Origin: Mobula hypostoma
Lineage: Eukaryota
DNA length: 64,000 nucleotides
NCBI RefSeq assembly: GCF_963921235.1
Contig: NC_086097.1
Coordinates: forward strand, 230,890,001 to 230,954,000
Direction: 5' to 3'
Part shown: positions 12,958 to 23,027 of the stretch, piece by piece
How positions within the stretch are numbered: the first letter of the stretch is position 1
Layout: the number at the start of each line of letters is the position of its first letter
Notes under the pieces: generated by a model
Databases searched by the model: none
Told to the model about the DNA's origin: nothing
What the model saw: only the letters and a program-made list of their open reading frames with translations
Position numbers and translations under genes: made by a program

Positions 12958-13592
12958 TCGTGGATAAGCTAAGTTCTCCAGTACCCATGCAGCTTACCGA
13001 CAATCTAATTGATAACCGGAAACGCTTCCAACAGTGATTCAATATATATTTAGCTGCTAGCAGAGAGGAAGGAACTGATGAAAAATTAAAAGCATCTATT
13101 TTTCTGTTATGCAATTGGCGAAGATGCTTGAGACATCTATACCAGTTTTCAAATTGATGAGACAGCTTTTACATTGGACACTGACGACAAAATTTGAGGA
13201 GTATTTTGTCTCAAGTAAAAACATCACATTTGAGAGATATGTCTTTTTCTTGTATCCAAAAACAAGATATTAGCTTCGACCAATACTTATTTGAGCTGCA
13301 CACACTGATTAAGTCCTGTGAATTTAGACATTTGAGAAACTCACTAGCTAGAGACAGAATAGTTTGCAGAATTCCAGATAATGGACTGAGAGGAAGACTG
13401 CCGTGTGAAAAAGATCTGACACTGGAAAATGCTGTGAACATGTGCAGGGCAGCAGAGTCCACACGAACACAAACTAAGGAGCTGCACAGGGCAGACACAA
13501 CAGTGCAGGCTGTGAAGACAAGAGTAGCAGTACACAAGGCATTTCCCAAAGTATCAACAAAGCAAAGAGGAAGGCTCAAACAGCAAATGTCA
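12958..13592 (+). pseudogene. Gypsy gag, N-terminal part, decayed
   Basis: DKLSSPVPMQLTDNLIDN.KRFQQ, and ORF 13194-13673 with LIKSCEF...RDRIVCRIPDNGLRGRL...LTLENAVNMCRAAE. Confidence 0.8.
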
Positions 13593-13593
13593 G

Positions 13594-15758
13594 GATCAGA
13601 ATCAGGTTTATTATCACCGGCATGTGTCATGAAATTTGTTAACTTACCAGTAGCACTAAAGTGCAATACATAATATAAGAGGAAGAAACAAATAAGTAAA
13701 TCAATTACAGTATATGTATATTGAAGATTAAAAATCATACAAAAAACAGAAATAATATATATTTAAAAAGTGAGGTAGTGTTCACAGGTTCAATGTCCAT
13801 TTAGGAATTGAAGGGCAGAGGGGAAGAAGCTGTTCCAGAATCGCTGAGTGTGTGCCTTCAGGCTTCTGTACCTCCTACCTGATGGTAACAGTGAGAAAAG
13901 GACCTGCCCTGGGTGCTGGAGGTCCTTAATAATGGATGTTGCCTTTCTGAGACACTGCTCCCTGAAGGTGTCCTGGGTACTTTGTAGGCTATGACCCTCT
14001 GCAGCTTCTTTTGGTCCTTTAGTAGCCCCTCCTCCCATACCAGACAGTGATGTAGCCTGTCAGAATGCTCTCCACAGTACATCTGTAGAAGTTTTTGAGT
14101 GTTTTTATTGACATACCAAATCTCTTCAAACTCCCAATGAAGCTGTCTGCTTTATAGCTGCATCGATAAATTGACACCCGGGAACTTGAAGCTGTTCACT
14201 CTCCCCACTTCTGATCCCTCTATGAGAATTGGTATGTGTTCCTTTGCCTTACCCTTCCTGAAGTCCACAATTATCTCTTTCATCTGACTGACGTTGAGTG
14301 AAAGGTCGTTGCTGTAACACCACTCCACTAGTTGGTATATCTCGCCCCAGTACGCCCTCTCGTCTCCATCTTAGATTCTATCAACAATGGTTGTACCATC
14401 AGCAAATTTATCGATGGTATTTGAGCTATGCCTAGCCACACAGTCATGGGTATAGAGACAGAGAGCAGTCCCTGATGTGCACCAGTGTTGATTGTCAGCG
14501 AGGAGGAGATGTTATCACCAATCCGCACAGACTGTGGTCTTTTGGTTAGGAAGCTGAGAATCCAATTGCAGAGGGAGATACAGAGGCCCAGGTTTTGTAA
14601 CTTATCAATCAGGATTGTGGTAATGATGGTGTTAAATGCTGAACTATAGGCAATGAACAGCATCCTGACATAGGTGTTTGTATTGTCTAGGTGGTCTAAA
14701 GGCTGATTTATACTTCTGTCTAGTAGCCTACGCTGTTATGAGCATTTATACTTATGCGTTGGTGTATCTGCGTCGTTCTGCAATTCACTGCCAAAACGCT
14801 AGTTGGCGGAGGGGTTTCTATGCCACTGTGTTGAATTTTTTCGTGTTGAAACTCAACACAAAGAAACTCAAACTTCAAACAATGGCGACTGAAACTGAAG
14901 GAGGGTGAATTTTCTGTGCTTGTCCGGCCACTGAGAGACATGGACAAGCAAATGCATTTCAAATATTTTCGGATGTCAGCAGGTAGATTTGACAATTTGG
15001 TTCATCGTCTCCAACCATTTATTTTGCATCAGTGTACGCAGAGTATACTCAAAGACTGGCAATCACCATTCGAGTTTTAGCTTCAGGTGGAAGTCAACAG
15101 GCTGTAGCAGCTAACTACAAACTGGAGTCAAGCACAGGGTCTTCCATAATTTTGGAAGTCTGTAAGGCTTTATGGAAAGCATTGCAGCCAGAGTTCCTTC
15201 CCTGCCCTTCAGTCGCCCAATGGGAAGCTATTGCAGCGTAGGAGGAGATGCGATGCTACCAAGCGGACCAATCACAGTTATTGTGGTCTGCATCGCAGCG
15301 ACGTGTAGTTACATTTTTGGGGAGGTGTGCATCAGGCTACGGTGGAGGGTACGTGGCTACGCCATACCTACAGCGTAGATTTAACGCAGAAGTATAAATT
15401 GGCCTTAAGGCTGTGTGAAGAGCCATTGAGATTGTGTCTGCCGTTGACCTATTGTGGTGATAGGCAAATTGCAGTGGGTCCAGGTCCTCGCTGAGACAGG
15501 AGTTCAGAATAGTCATGACCAACCACTCAAAACATTTCACTGCTGTAGATGTGAGTGCTACTGGGTGACAGTCATTAAGGCAGCTCACATTACACTGGTA
15601 TAATTGGTGCTTTTTTGAAGCAATTGGGAACTTGCACCCGTAGCAGTGAGAGGTTGATAATGTCCTTGAATACTCCCGCCAGTTCGTTGGCACAAGTTTT
15701 CTGCACCTTATCAGGTACTCCGTCAGTGCCTTCTGCCTTGTGAGGGTTCGTTCACTCT
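13594..15758 (-). mobile_element. Rex1/Babar LINE inserted in Gypsy gag
   Basis: atcagaatcaggtttatt tail. ORFs 14328-14663 ([12 protein letters not shown]), 15337-15885 (SCLNDCHPVALTS...LDPLQFAY) and 13790-14038. Confidence 0.9.
14700..15405 (+). mobile_element. PIF/Harbinger DNA transposon, internally deleted, nested in Rex1
   Basis: TIRs aggctgatttatacttctg / cagaagtataaattggcct (17/19). TAA TSD at 14697-14699 and 15406-15408. Transposase remnant [15 protein letters not shown]...[12 protein letters not shown]...[14 protein letters not shown]. Confidence 0.9.
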
Positions 15759-15759
15759 T

Positions 15760-16910
15760 TGGAATGTGGAGGTAGTCACATTCCAAAGATGTGTCCTGTT
15801 TATGGAAATTCCTGCAATAATTGTGGGAAGAAGAATCATTTTGCCAAATGCTGCAAAGTTGGGCTACCAAGAGAATGCTGCACACGGAAATGGAGGAAGG
15901 TTTTGTGGATTCTCAACAGACTGCTGGTGCTGGTAAAACAGAATGGGCCATTTGAGTAATTGTGAATAAGACATTGACACTGGAGTCCAGGTGAATTTGT
16001 TATCCATGGATGATTACAAAATTCCCACAGTAAAGAGAAATATTTATCCAGTGAAATTAAAAGTGATAGGCTACACTGGAGAGAATATTCCCCAGTAAAA
16101 GGGGCAGCACTTAAAGTCACAGCTGCTGATTGCAAAAAAGAGTGTAGAGCCAATAAGTTTGTCATTGAGCCTACTAGGAGATCAACAATACTGGATTAGG
16201 TGTTATGTAATGAACCAGAGGCGATTACAGAGCTTGGAGTAAAGGAACTCTTAGGAGACAGTGATCACAATATGATTGGGTTCAACTTGAAATTTGGCTA
16301 CCGTATGGAATTCTGTCCAAACTAGAAGTCTACCAGAAAACCATCCATATTATCTTTGAGGGCACACCTGGTGTTGAGACCATGATGGATGATATCATTG
16401 TCTGAAGTCCACCAAAGAGGAACATGATACACGACTGAGGAAAGTGCTTGATGTGACACAGAATGTCAATTTGAAATTAAATAAAGAGAAATGTGAGTTT
16501 GGTGTTAAGACACTTATCACCATAGACGATGACATATCTGAAGAGGGAGGGAAGCCTGACTCAAGAAAGACATCAGCCATTGAAAACATGGCGTATACAA
16601 CTCTGAAATTCTTCTTCTCCAGAAAGCCACGAAACCAAGAAAGAAAAGAATGGCAGCACGATCACCAACCCCCAAAGCAGTAAAGAGAACTACTTACACC
16701 ACACCCTAACCACACAGGTCGTATTTCAAAGTTGGAGTCGATTCATTTGATTGCAATGGGAAGAGTCGTATTGTTTTAACAGACTACTTTTCCAATTACC
16801 TACTGCCATCAACATCCACCAAAGCAGTCTTCACTTTCCTGAAAGCTATGGATTCCATGTGAAGTGGTATCAGACAATGGTCCACAATTTTTGAGCTGTG
16901 AATTTGAGTC
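15760..16910 (+). pseudogene. Gypsy gag zinc knuckle and pol remnants (RT, integrase)
   Basis: CNNCGKKNHFAKC (CX2CX4HX4C); RT MMDDIIV...KEEHDTRLRKVL...LKLNKEKCEF; integrase KVGVD.FD...TDYFSNY and VVSDNGPQF. RT precedes IN. Large deletions. Confidence 0.85.
16167..16297 (+). mobile_element. CR1 endonuclease fragment inside the Gypsy remnant
   Basis: EPTRRSTILD.VLCNEPE...LGDSDHNMIGFNL. Confidence 0.7.
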
Positions 16911-18002
16911 CGTGGATGGTCATGTCGGAATAAGAATGGAAATGGGAAGTGGAATAGAAATGGGCGGCCACCAAGAGATCCTGCTTCTTCTGGTGGACGG
17001 AGCGTAGGCTCTCAGCGAAGCAGCCTCCCAATCTAAGTTCTCCATAACTTCCGCCTTCTCCAAAAGAATCCCACCACCAAGCACATATATCCCTTCCCCA
17101 CACTTTCTACTTTCCGCAGGGATCACTCCCTACGTGACTCTCTTGTCCATTCATCCCTCGCCATTGATCTCCCTCCTGGTATATTCGCAAGCAGAATAAG
17201 TGTCCTGACGAAGGGTTCTGGCCCGAAACGGCGACTCATCGTTTCCACGGATGCTGCCTGACCTGCTGAATTCCTCCAGCGTGTTGTGAGTGTTGAGAAT
17301 GAGTGCCATACCTACGCCTACACCTCCTTCCTCACAACCATTCAGAGCCCCAAACAGACCTTCCAAATGAGACGACACTTCAACTGTGAGTCTGTCGGGG
17401 TCATCGACTTTATCTGGTGCTTCAGGTGTGACCACCAATTTTAATTCCACTTCCCATTCCCATGCTGAATAGTGCCACAATGAGGCCACACTCACTTTGA
17501 GGAGCAACACTTTATATTCTGTCTGAGTAGCTTCCAACCTGATGGCATGAACATCGGTTTCTCAAACTTCTGGTAATTGCCCCCTTCCTTTTACCATTCC
17601 CATTCCCGTTTCCCTCTCTCACCTTATCTCCTTACCTGCCCATCACCTCCCTCTGGTGCTCCTCCCCCTTCCCTTTCTTCCATGGTTTTCTACGGTCTCC
17701 TATCAGTTTACTCTTTCTCCAGCCCTTTATCTCTTCCATGTATCAACTTCCCAGCTCTTTACTTCACTCCTCCCCTTCTCCTGGTTTCAGCTGTTATCTT
17801 CTACCTTATACTTCTTCCTCCTCCCACCCCCACCATCTTGCTCTAACTTCTCAACTTTTTTTTCCAAGTCCTGTTGAAGGGTCTTGGCCCGAAACATCAA
17901 TTCTTTACACTTTTTCGTAGATGCTGCCTGACCTACTGAGTTCCTCCAGCATTTTGTGTGTGTTACACTGGATTTCCAGCATCTGCAGAATCTCTGGTGT
18001 TC
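16911..18002 (+). mobile_element. Penelope-like element 3' part with a short inverted piece (16911-17035, minus)
   Basis: Homologous to the 32290-33300 Penelope copy (GIY-YIG region and terminal repeat). Mutated hammerhead at 17867-17900. Confidence 0.85.
17203..17295 (+). mobile_element. 93-bp hammerhead-headed Penelope-derived insertion
   Basis: tcctgacgaagggttctggcccgaaacggcgac...gtgttgtgagtgttg flanked by agaataagtg (17193-17202) and agaatgagtg (17296-17305). Confidence 0.85.
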
Positions 18003-18320
18003 TAAATCCAATCTGCTTCTCTTAGTTTGGGGTTGGGGATGGGTAAGGCCAACGAGTAGAGGGGAGAGGAGATCATTCACTATTTAATACCAGGTATTAA
18101 CACAGTTCTCATTACCAAATGAGAGCTATGGAGAGAGAAAATCTCAGCAATACACGTACTGTTGCATCAGGCGAACAGGGACAAAGACCCCATCAAAATT
18201 CTCATTGATGACATCTGCCATGTGCAAACCCTTCAGTTTACGATCTTTCATAAAGTGAATTTTGTGTCATTTACTTTACCCTGATGTCCTTGTCACTGTT
18301 TAGGCGAGGTAACACCTGTC

Positions 18321-18850
18321 CTGGTTCCTTAAGGTTGCTGAAGCCTAGGGTGGTAATGGGGATGAGCTCCCACTACCTACTAAATGCTCCTAGTGGCATG
18401 TGTCTCAAATCGCTTCTGACAACCAAGTCCAGCTCCTGGCCTTCACATGTGGCTTGGCTTCTAAGCCTGGTGAAAATGTTTCTACTGGCAGCTGAAAGGG
18501 CAAAGGCATGTTACCAATGCCTTAAGACCTGTCGCTTTGGGCAGATGGGGCTCATCTACCATGGCTGGCAGCTCACCCAGAAGAAGGAAATCTCTAACCT
18601 CAAGCCTCCATTGCCTTCTGGCTATACCCACTCATGGGTCGGCTTCAGGAGTAAACCCTGAGCTGGACTCCCCGGGGCAGTCCTACATTAAGTTCAACGC
18701 TGACTTGCAATTTTGGTGATGCGGCTGCTGCCGAACTGTCTTCTACATGGGCAAGAGCTTGCTTGGCATATCGTACTGCCCAGGCTTGCGTATCATATAG
18801 AGAGCCGCGATGCGATGTCCACGGTTGACGCTGACCACTGGAGGGCCTCA
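18321..18850 (+). mobile_element. RTE-derived non-autonomous element (copy 1)
   Basis: Colinear homology with 43593-44206 (ctggttcc.taaggttg, gacaaccaagtcc, gggcagatggggctc, ctatacccactc). Non-coding; RTE origin inferred. Confidence 0.7.
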
Positions 18851-19874
18851 AAAACACCTGTCACTGTGCCTCATGGCCTCTACGTAAGTTCCTCAATAAA
18901 GAATTGTAACCCATTTCAGATTTAGGTTCCATTCATCCTCCTTAGACACTAAAATGTTCACTTTGCTCCTTCTGCCAAAATACATTTATTACAATGGACT
19001 AGAGAACGTGAGCCTCTCAGCTTGTGGCATTAAAATGAATTGTTTGCGAAACCGGTTCATTAAGGGTGCACTTAATGTCCAAACTGCATTGTTAATGGTG
19101 CAATGTCAGAAAGATTCAAACAATACACCCCATGCTCTTTCCACCTGCATGATTGATTGCATTCAAGAATTTCAGGAACTTCTTTAAAGGTGTGAGACAG
19201 AACTGCAGTCTGCAGAGAAGACACATCCAGTCATTCTCTGTTGACTTTGATCAGGTCACTGGATCATGTTCAAGGTTCCTGAGAACGTGCTGTTCTCATG
19301 TTGAAGACTCAATGCGGAGATAAAAGTACAGTAAGCTAATGGCTCATAAATTTTAACTAATGGAGTCTATTGAACTGACACCCTAAAATAACAATAGCAA
19401 ATTGTACAAAAATCTTCACTCAGCCACTATATTTCATGATGCAGATCAAAAACTCATTATTTTACATGTTTCTGGAACATTTTACTCATTTCACAGACAA
19501 AGAATTAATGAGACTATTGAGTCACACACTGTCAGTATCCATGCTAAAAATACTTTTATCACTGCAAAGCTCTTAGAATCCTTAATCATCACTGAGGTTC
19601 CTTCCAAAGATCACAATTAAATTTTTCAAATGTCCTTTACTATCATTGTTATTAAAAATCATTTAAAATCATGCTTTACAAAAAAATCTCTGTTAAGTCA
19701 AGTGATGCACTGTTTTAATGTACGTGATAAATATATCTGAATCTGATCCAAACAGATTTTTTAATGTGACAAAATCCTGATAAAAGGTTTCATTAAGACC
19801 ACGCGCGAGCCCAGAGCACATTGGAAGTAGTCGCACAGATTGACAGGATGGTAAAGAAGGTGATCAATTGTTCA

Positions 19875-20803
19875 TTATTACTTTATACTTTATTGTTACC
19901 AAACAATTGGTACTAGAATGTACAATCATCACAACGATATGTGATTCTGCGCTTCACACTCCCTGGATTACAAATATTAAATATTAAAAATAGTTAAAAT
20001 GAGTAAATATTAAAAATTTTAATATAAATCAAAAATAGAAAACAGAAAAATGGGAAGTAAGGTAGTGCAAAAAGACTGAGAGGCAGGTCCAGATATTTGG
20101 AGGGTACGGTCCAGATCCAGGTCAGGATCGGTTCAGCAGTCTTATCACAGTTGGAAAGAAGCTGTTCCCGTATGAGTCTTCAAGCTCCTGAAGCTTCTCC
20201 CGGAGGGAACAGGGACAAAAAGTCTGTTGGCTGGGTGGGTCGTGTCCTTGATTATCCTGGCAGCACTGCTCTGACAGCGTGCGGTGTAAAGTGAGTCCAA
20301 GGACGGAAGATTGGTTTGTGTGATGTGCTGCACTGTGTTCACGATCTTCTGCAGCTTCTTTCGGTCTTGGACAGGACAACTTCCAAACCAGGTTGTGATG
20401 CACCCTAGAAGAAGGCTTTCTACGGTGCATCGATAAAAATTAGTGAGAGTTTTAGGGGACAGGCCAAATTTCTTTAGTTTTCTTAGGAAGTAAAGGTGCT
20501 GGTGGGCCTTCTTGGCAGTGAACTGTGCTTGGCTGGATCAAGTCAGGTCCTTTGTGATATTGACCCCGAGGAATTTAAAGCTTTTGACCTGTTCCACTTG
20601 CGCACCACCGATGTAAACTGGGTGGTGCGGTCCGCTAATCCTTCTGAAGTCAACAACCAATTCCTTCGTCTTGCTGACGTTGAGGGATAGGTTATTATCT
20701 TCACACCATGGCACCAGGTTCTTAATTTCCTCTCTGTACTCAAACTCAACATTACCCGAGATACAGCCTACAATTGTTGTGGCATCAGCAAACTTATATA
20801 TTG
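19875..20803 (-). mobile_element. Rex1/Babar LINE 3' fragment
   Basis: ORF 20538-20810 IYKFADATTIVGCISG...NLSLNVSKTKELVVDFRR, with aataaagtataaagtaataa tail. Confidence 0.88.
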
Positions 20804-21088
20804 AGAACATATCGTCTGCCTCTCTCCATGATCAGTGTTCATGAAAGAGTAGCATCAAATACAATGACAATTCAGTGCTGTTTGGTGGTACATACAGAAT
20901 GCTGTTACATGGCCTAGGCACTTAAGGCAGTGAAAATTCAAATTCAGTGAAGAAATTGGATCGTGCACTGCTGAATTTAATTAGTACTTCACAATTCAAA
21001 ACTAATTTCACCTGATGAAATGCAAAATCATATCTTGGGAAATATTTCTAATTGAAGCACAAATGGAGGTGGCATTACAGGTTGAGAT

Positions 21089-21188
21089 TATAGAAATATA
21101 GAAATATAGAAAATAGGTGCAGGAGTAGGCTATTCGGCCCTTCAAGCCTGCACCACCATTCAGTATGATCATGGCTGATCATCCAACA
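21089..21188 (-). mobile_element. CR1 3' tail
   Basis: (atagaaat)n followed by aggtgcaggagtaggctattcggccc. Confidence 0.8.
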
Positions 21189-21812
21189 ATTCAAAGTACA
21201 TTTATTACCAAAGTATGCATTCAGTATACAACCCTGAGATTTTTCATCCCACAGACAGCTACGAAACCAAGGAGACAGCAAAAAATGAGTGAAAGACACA
21301 GAATACACCAAACCCTAAAGTGATTGAGAGAGTCCGGGGATATTCAGTTCAGTTCAATCATGTGCTGTGTTGTTCATTATCTGCAGGCTGCCCTGATCAA
21401 AATCCCACAAAATAGCAACAAAATAGGAATGATCAGAACCCCAAAACACATCGTAACAATGAACTACAGAGTCCAAACTAGAAACCGCGTCGTTAAACCT
21501 TGCCCAAGACCCAGGATTCTGGCACCATCCTCTGACAGCATCGAGGGAGAGAGAGAGAGTGCATTTGATCACAGGGACCTTTCTCCGGGAACAGCAAATG
21601 AGAGACTGGTAAGTGGTGCTGAACACCCTCTTGCCTTCTGCTCTTGCCTTGATGATTTCAATCTTCCTTGATGCTTTAATTGGCAAGATCGGCGAGAAGT
21701 TGAGTCGATCATGAGCTGGTGCCACATCTCCAGGCTTCTTGACCTCAAGGCCATATGCTTTGCTTGAAACCTCGCCAAGCACTCTTGTAATCATCAAATC
21801 AGCACGAAAAGG
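21189..21812 (-). mobile_element. Non-autonomous element with Rex1-type tail
   Basis: caaagtacatttattaccaaagtatg...tacaaccctgagatt motif shared with other copies; non-coding body. Confidence 0.65.
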
Positions 21813-21814
21813 GT

Positions 21815-23003
21815 GGTGCCATCCTTTAGTCTCTCAAGACCATGGATCTGTGCCTGGAAAGTCTTGCTTCAGTCTGTGTTAGAGCAGCATCTGTTGTGGC
21901 TGTAGAGGCCCACACGGGAGTGATAGTCTCGGCTGCAGTGACTGCACTTGAAGGCGCTGTCCTCCAGTGTTGTCTTGGTGCTGTTTTTTCGGTGCATGTG
22001 CTTTTCTTCAGCAGCAAGCCTCAGCTTCTCTTCTCCTCTTTTTAGACCTCTGCGTAGTTCCAGCCTCCAGCGAGAGCGATCTCTTGCAACGTCCTCCCAC
22101 CTCTCGACATTCATGTTCAGTGAGTCCATGTGTCTCGTGCAGACATCTTTGAAACAAAGATGGGGCCGCCCTTGTGCTCTCTTGCCAGAGGCCACTTCCC
22201 CGTACAGCAGGTCTTTCGGGATACTCCCGTCTGACATGCGGTGTACATGACCTAGCCAGCGGAGACGGCGTTGTTGGAGCAGGGTGAAGAGGCTGGGTAT
22301 CTGGGCGTGGGCCAGGACCTCATTGTTGGTGACTCGGTCAACCCACTTGATGTCCAGGATGCGTCTCAGGCGGTGAAGTTGAGATGCCGCTCTTGTCTGG
22401 AGTAGAGGCTCCAGGTCTCGCTGCCGTAAAGCAGTGTGCTGAGGACACAGGCCCTGTAGACTGCAACCTTGCTGTGTGCTGTCAGCTTTCTGTTCTCCCA
22501 GACTCTCTGTCAGCCTGGCGAATGTTGAGGCTGCTCGTCCCATCCGTCTGTTGATCTCGGGGTCTAGGGAGAGACTGTCTGTGATGGTGGAGCAAAGGTA
22601 TGTAAACTCGTGAACTACCTCCAGCTTTTAGTTGCTGATGGTAATGGCAGGGGGGTGCTCAATGCCTTGGCCCAACACGTTGGTCTTCTTCAGGCTGATA
22701 GTCAAGCTGAAGTCCTGGCAGGCTGTTGAGAAGCTGTCCATGAGGCGTTGCAGTTGCTCTTCAGAGTGTGTTGCCAGTGCCGCGTCATCTGCAAACGACA
22801 TGTCCCTGATGAGTACCTCACGAACCTTGGTTTTCACCCTCAGCCGGGACAGACTGAACAGCCTCCCGTCCGATCTGGTGTGGAGGTAGACACCATCAGT
22901 TGATGTTCCAAAGGCGTGCTTCAGCATGACTGCGAAGAAGATGCCAAACAGGGTGGGGGCAAGCACACAGCCCTGCTTCACACCGCTGTGGATGTTGAAG
23001 GCC
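21815..23003 (-). mobile_element. RTE-clade LINE, 5'-truncated
   Basis: ORF 22628-23005 (GVKQGCVLAPTLF, FADD) and ORF 21869-22543 (RRLRWLGHVHRM...PKDLLYGE, C-terminal CxxC..H..VGLYSH). Confidence 0.93.
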
Positions 23004-23027
23004 AAAACAGGAGTTGAATCACATTTA

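Noticed and set aside
13211..13738. 175-aa minus-strand ORF
   Set aside because: Antisense to Gypsy gag and crosses the Rex1 junction.
17867..17900. Hammerhead-like motifs here and at 12380-12415 and 49527-49565 as functional ribozymes
   Set aside because: Core or cleavage-site nucleotides are mutated (CUGUUGA, loss of GUC, insertion in the core).
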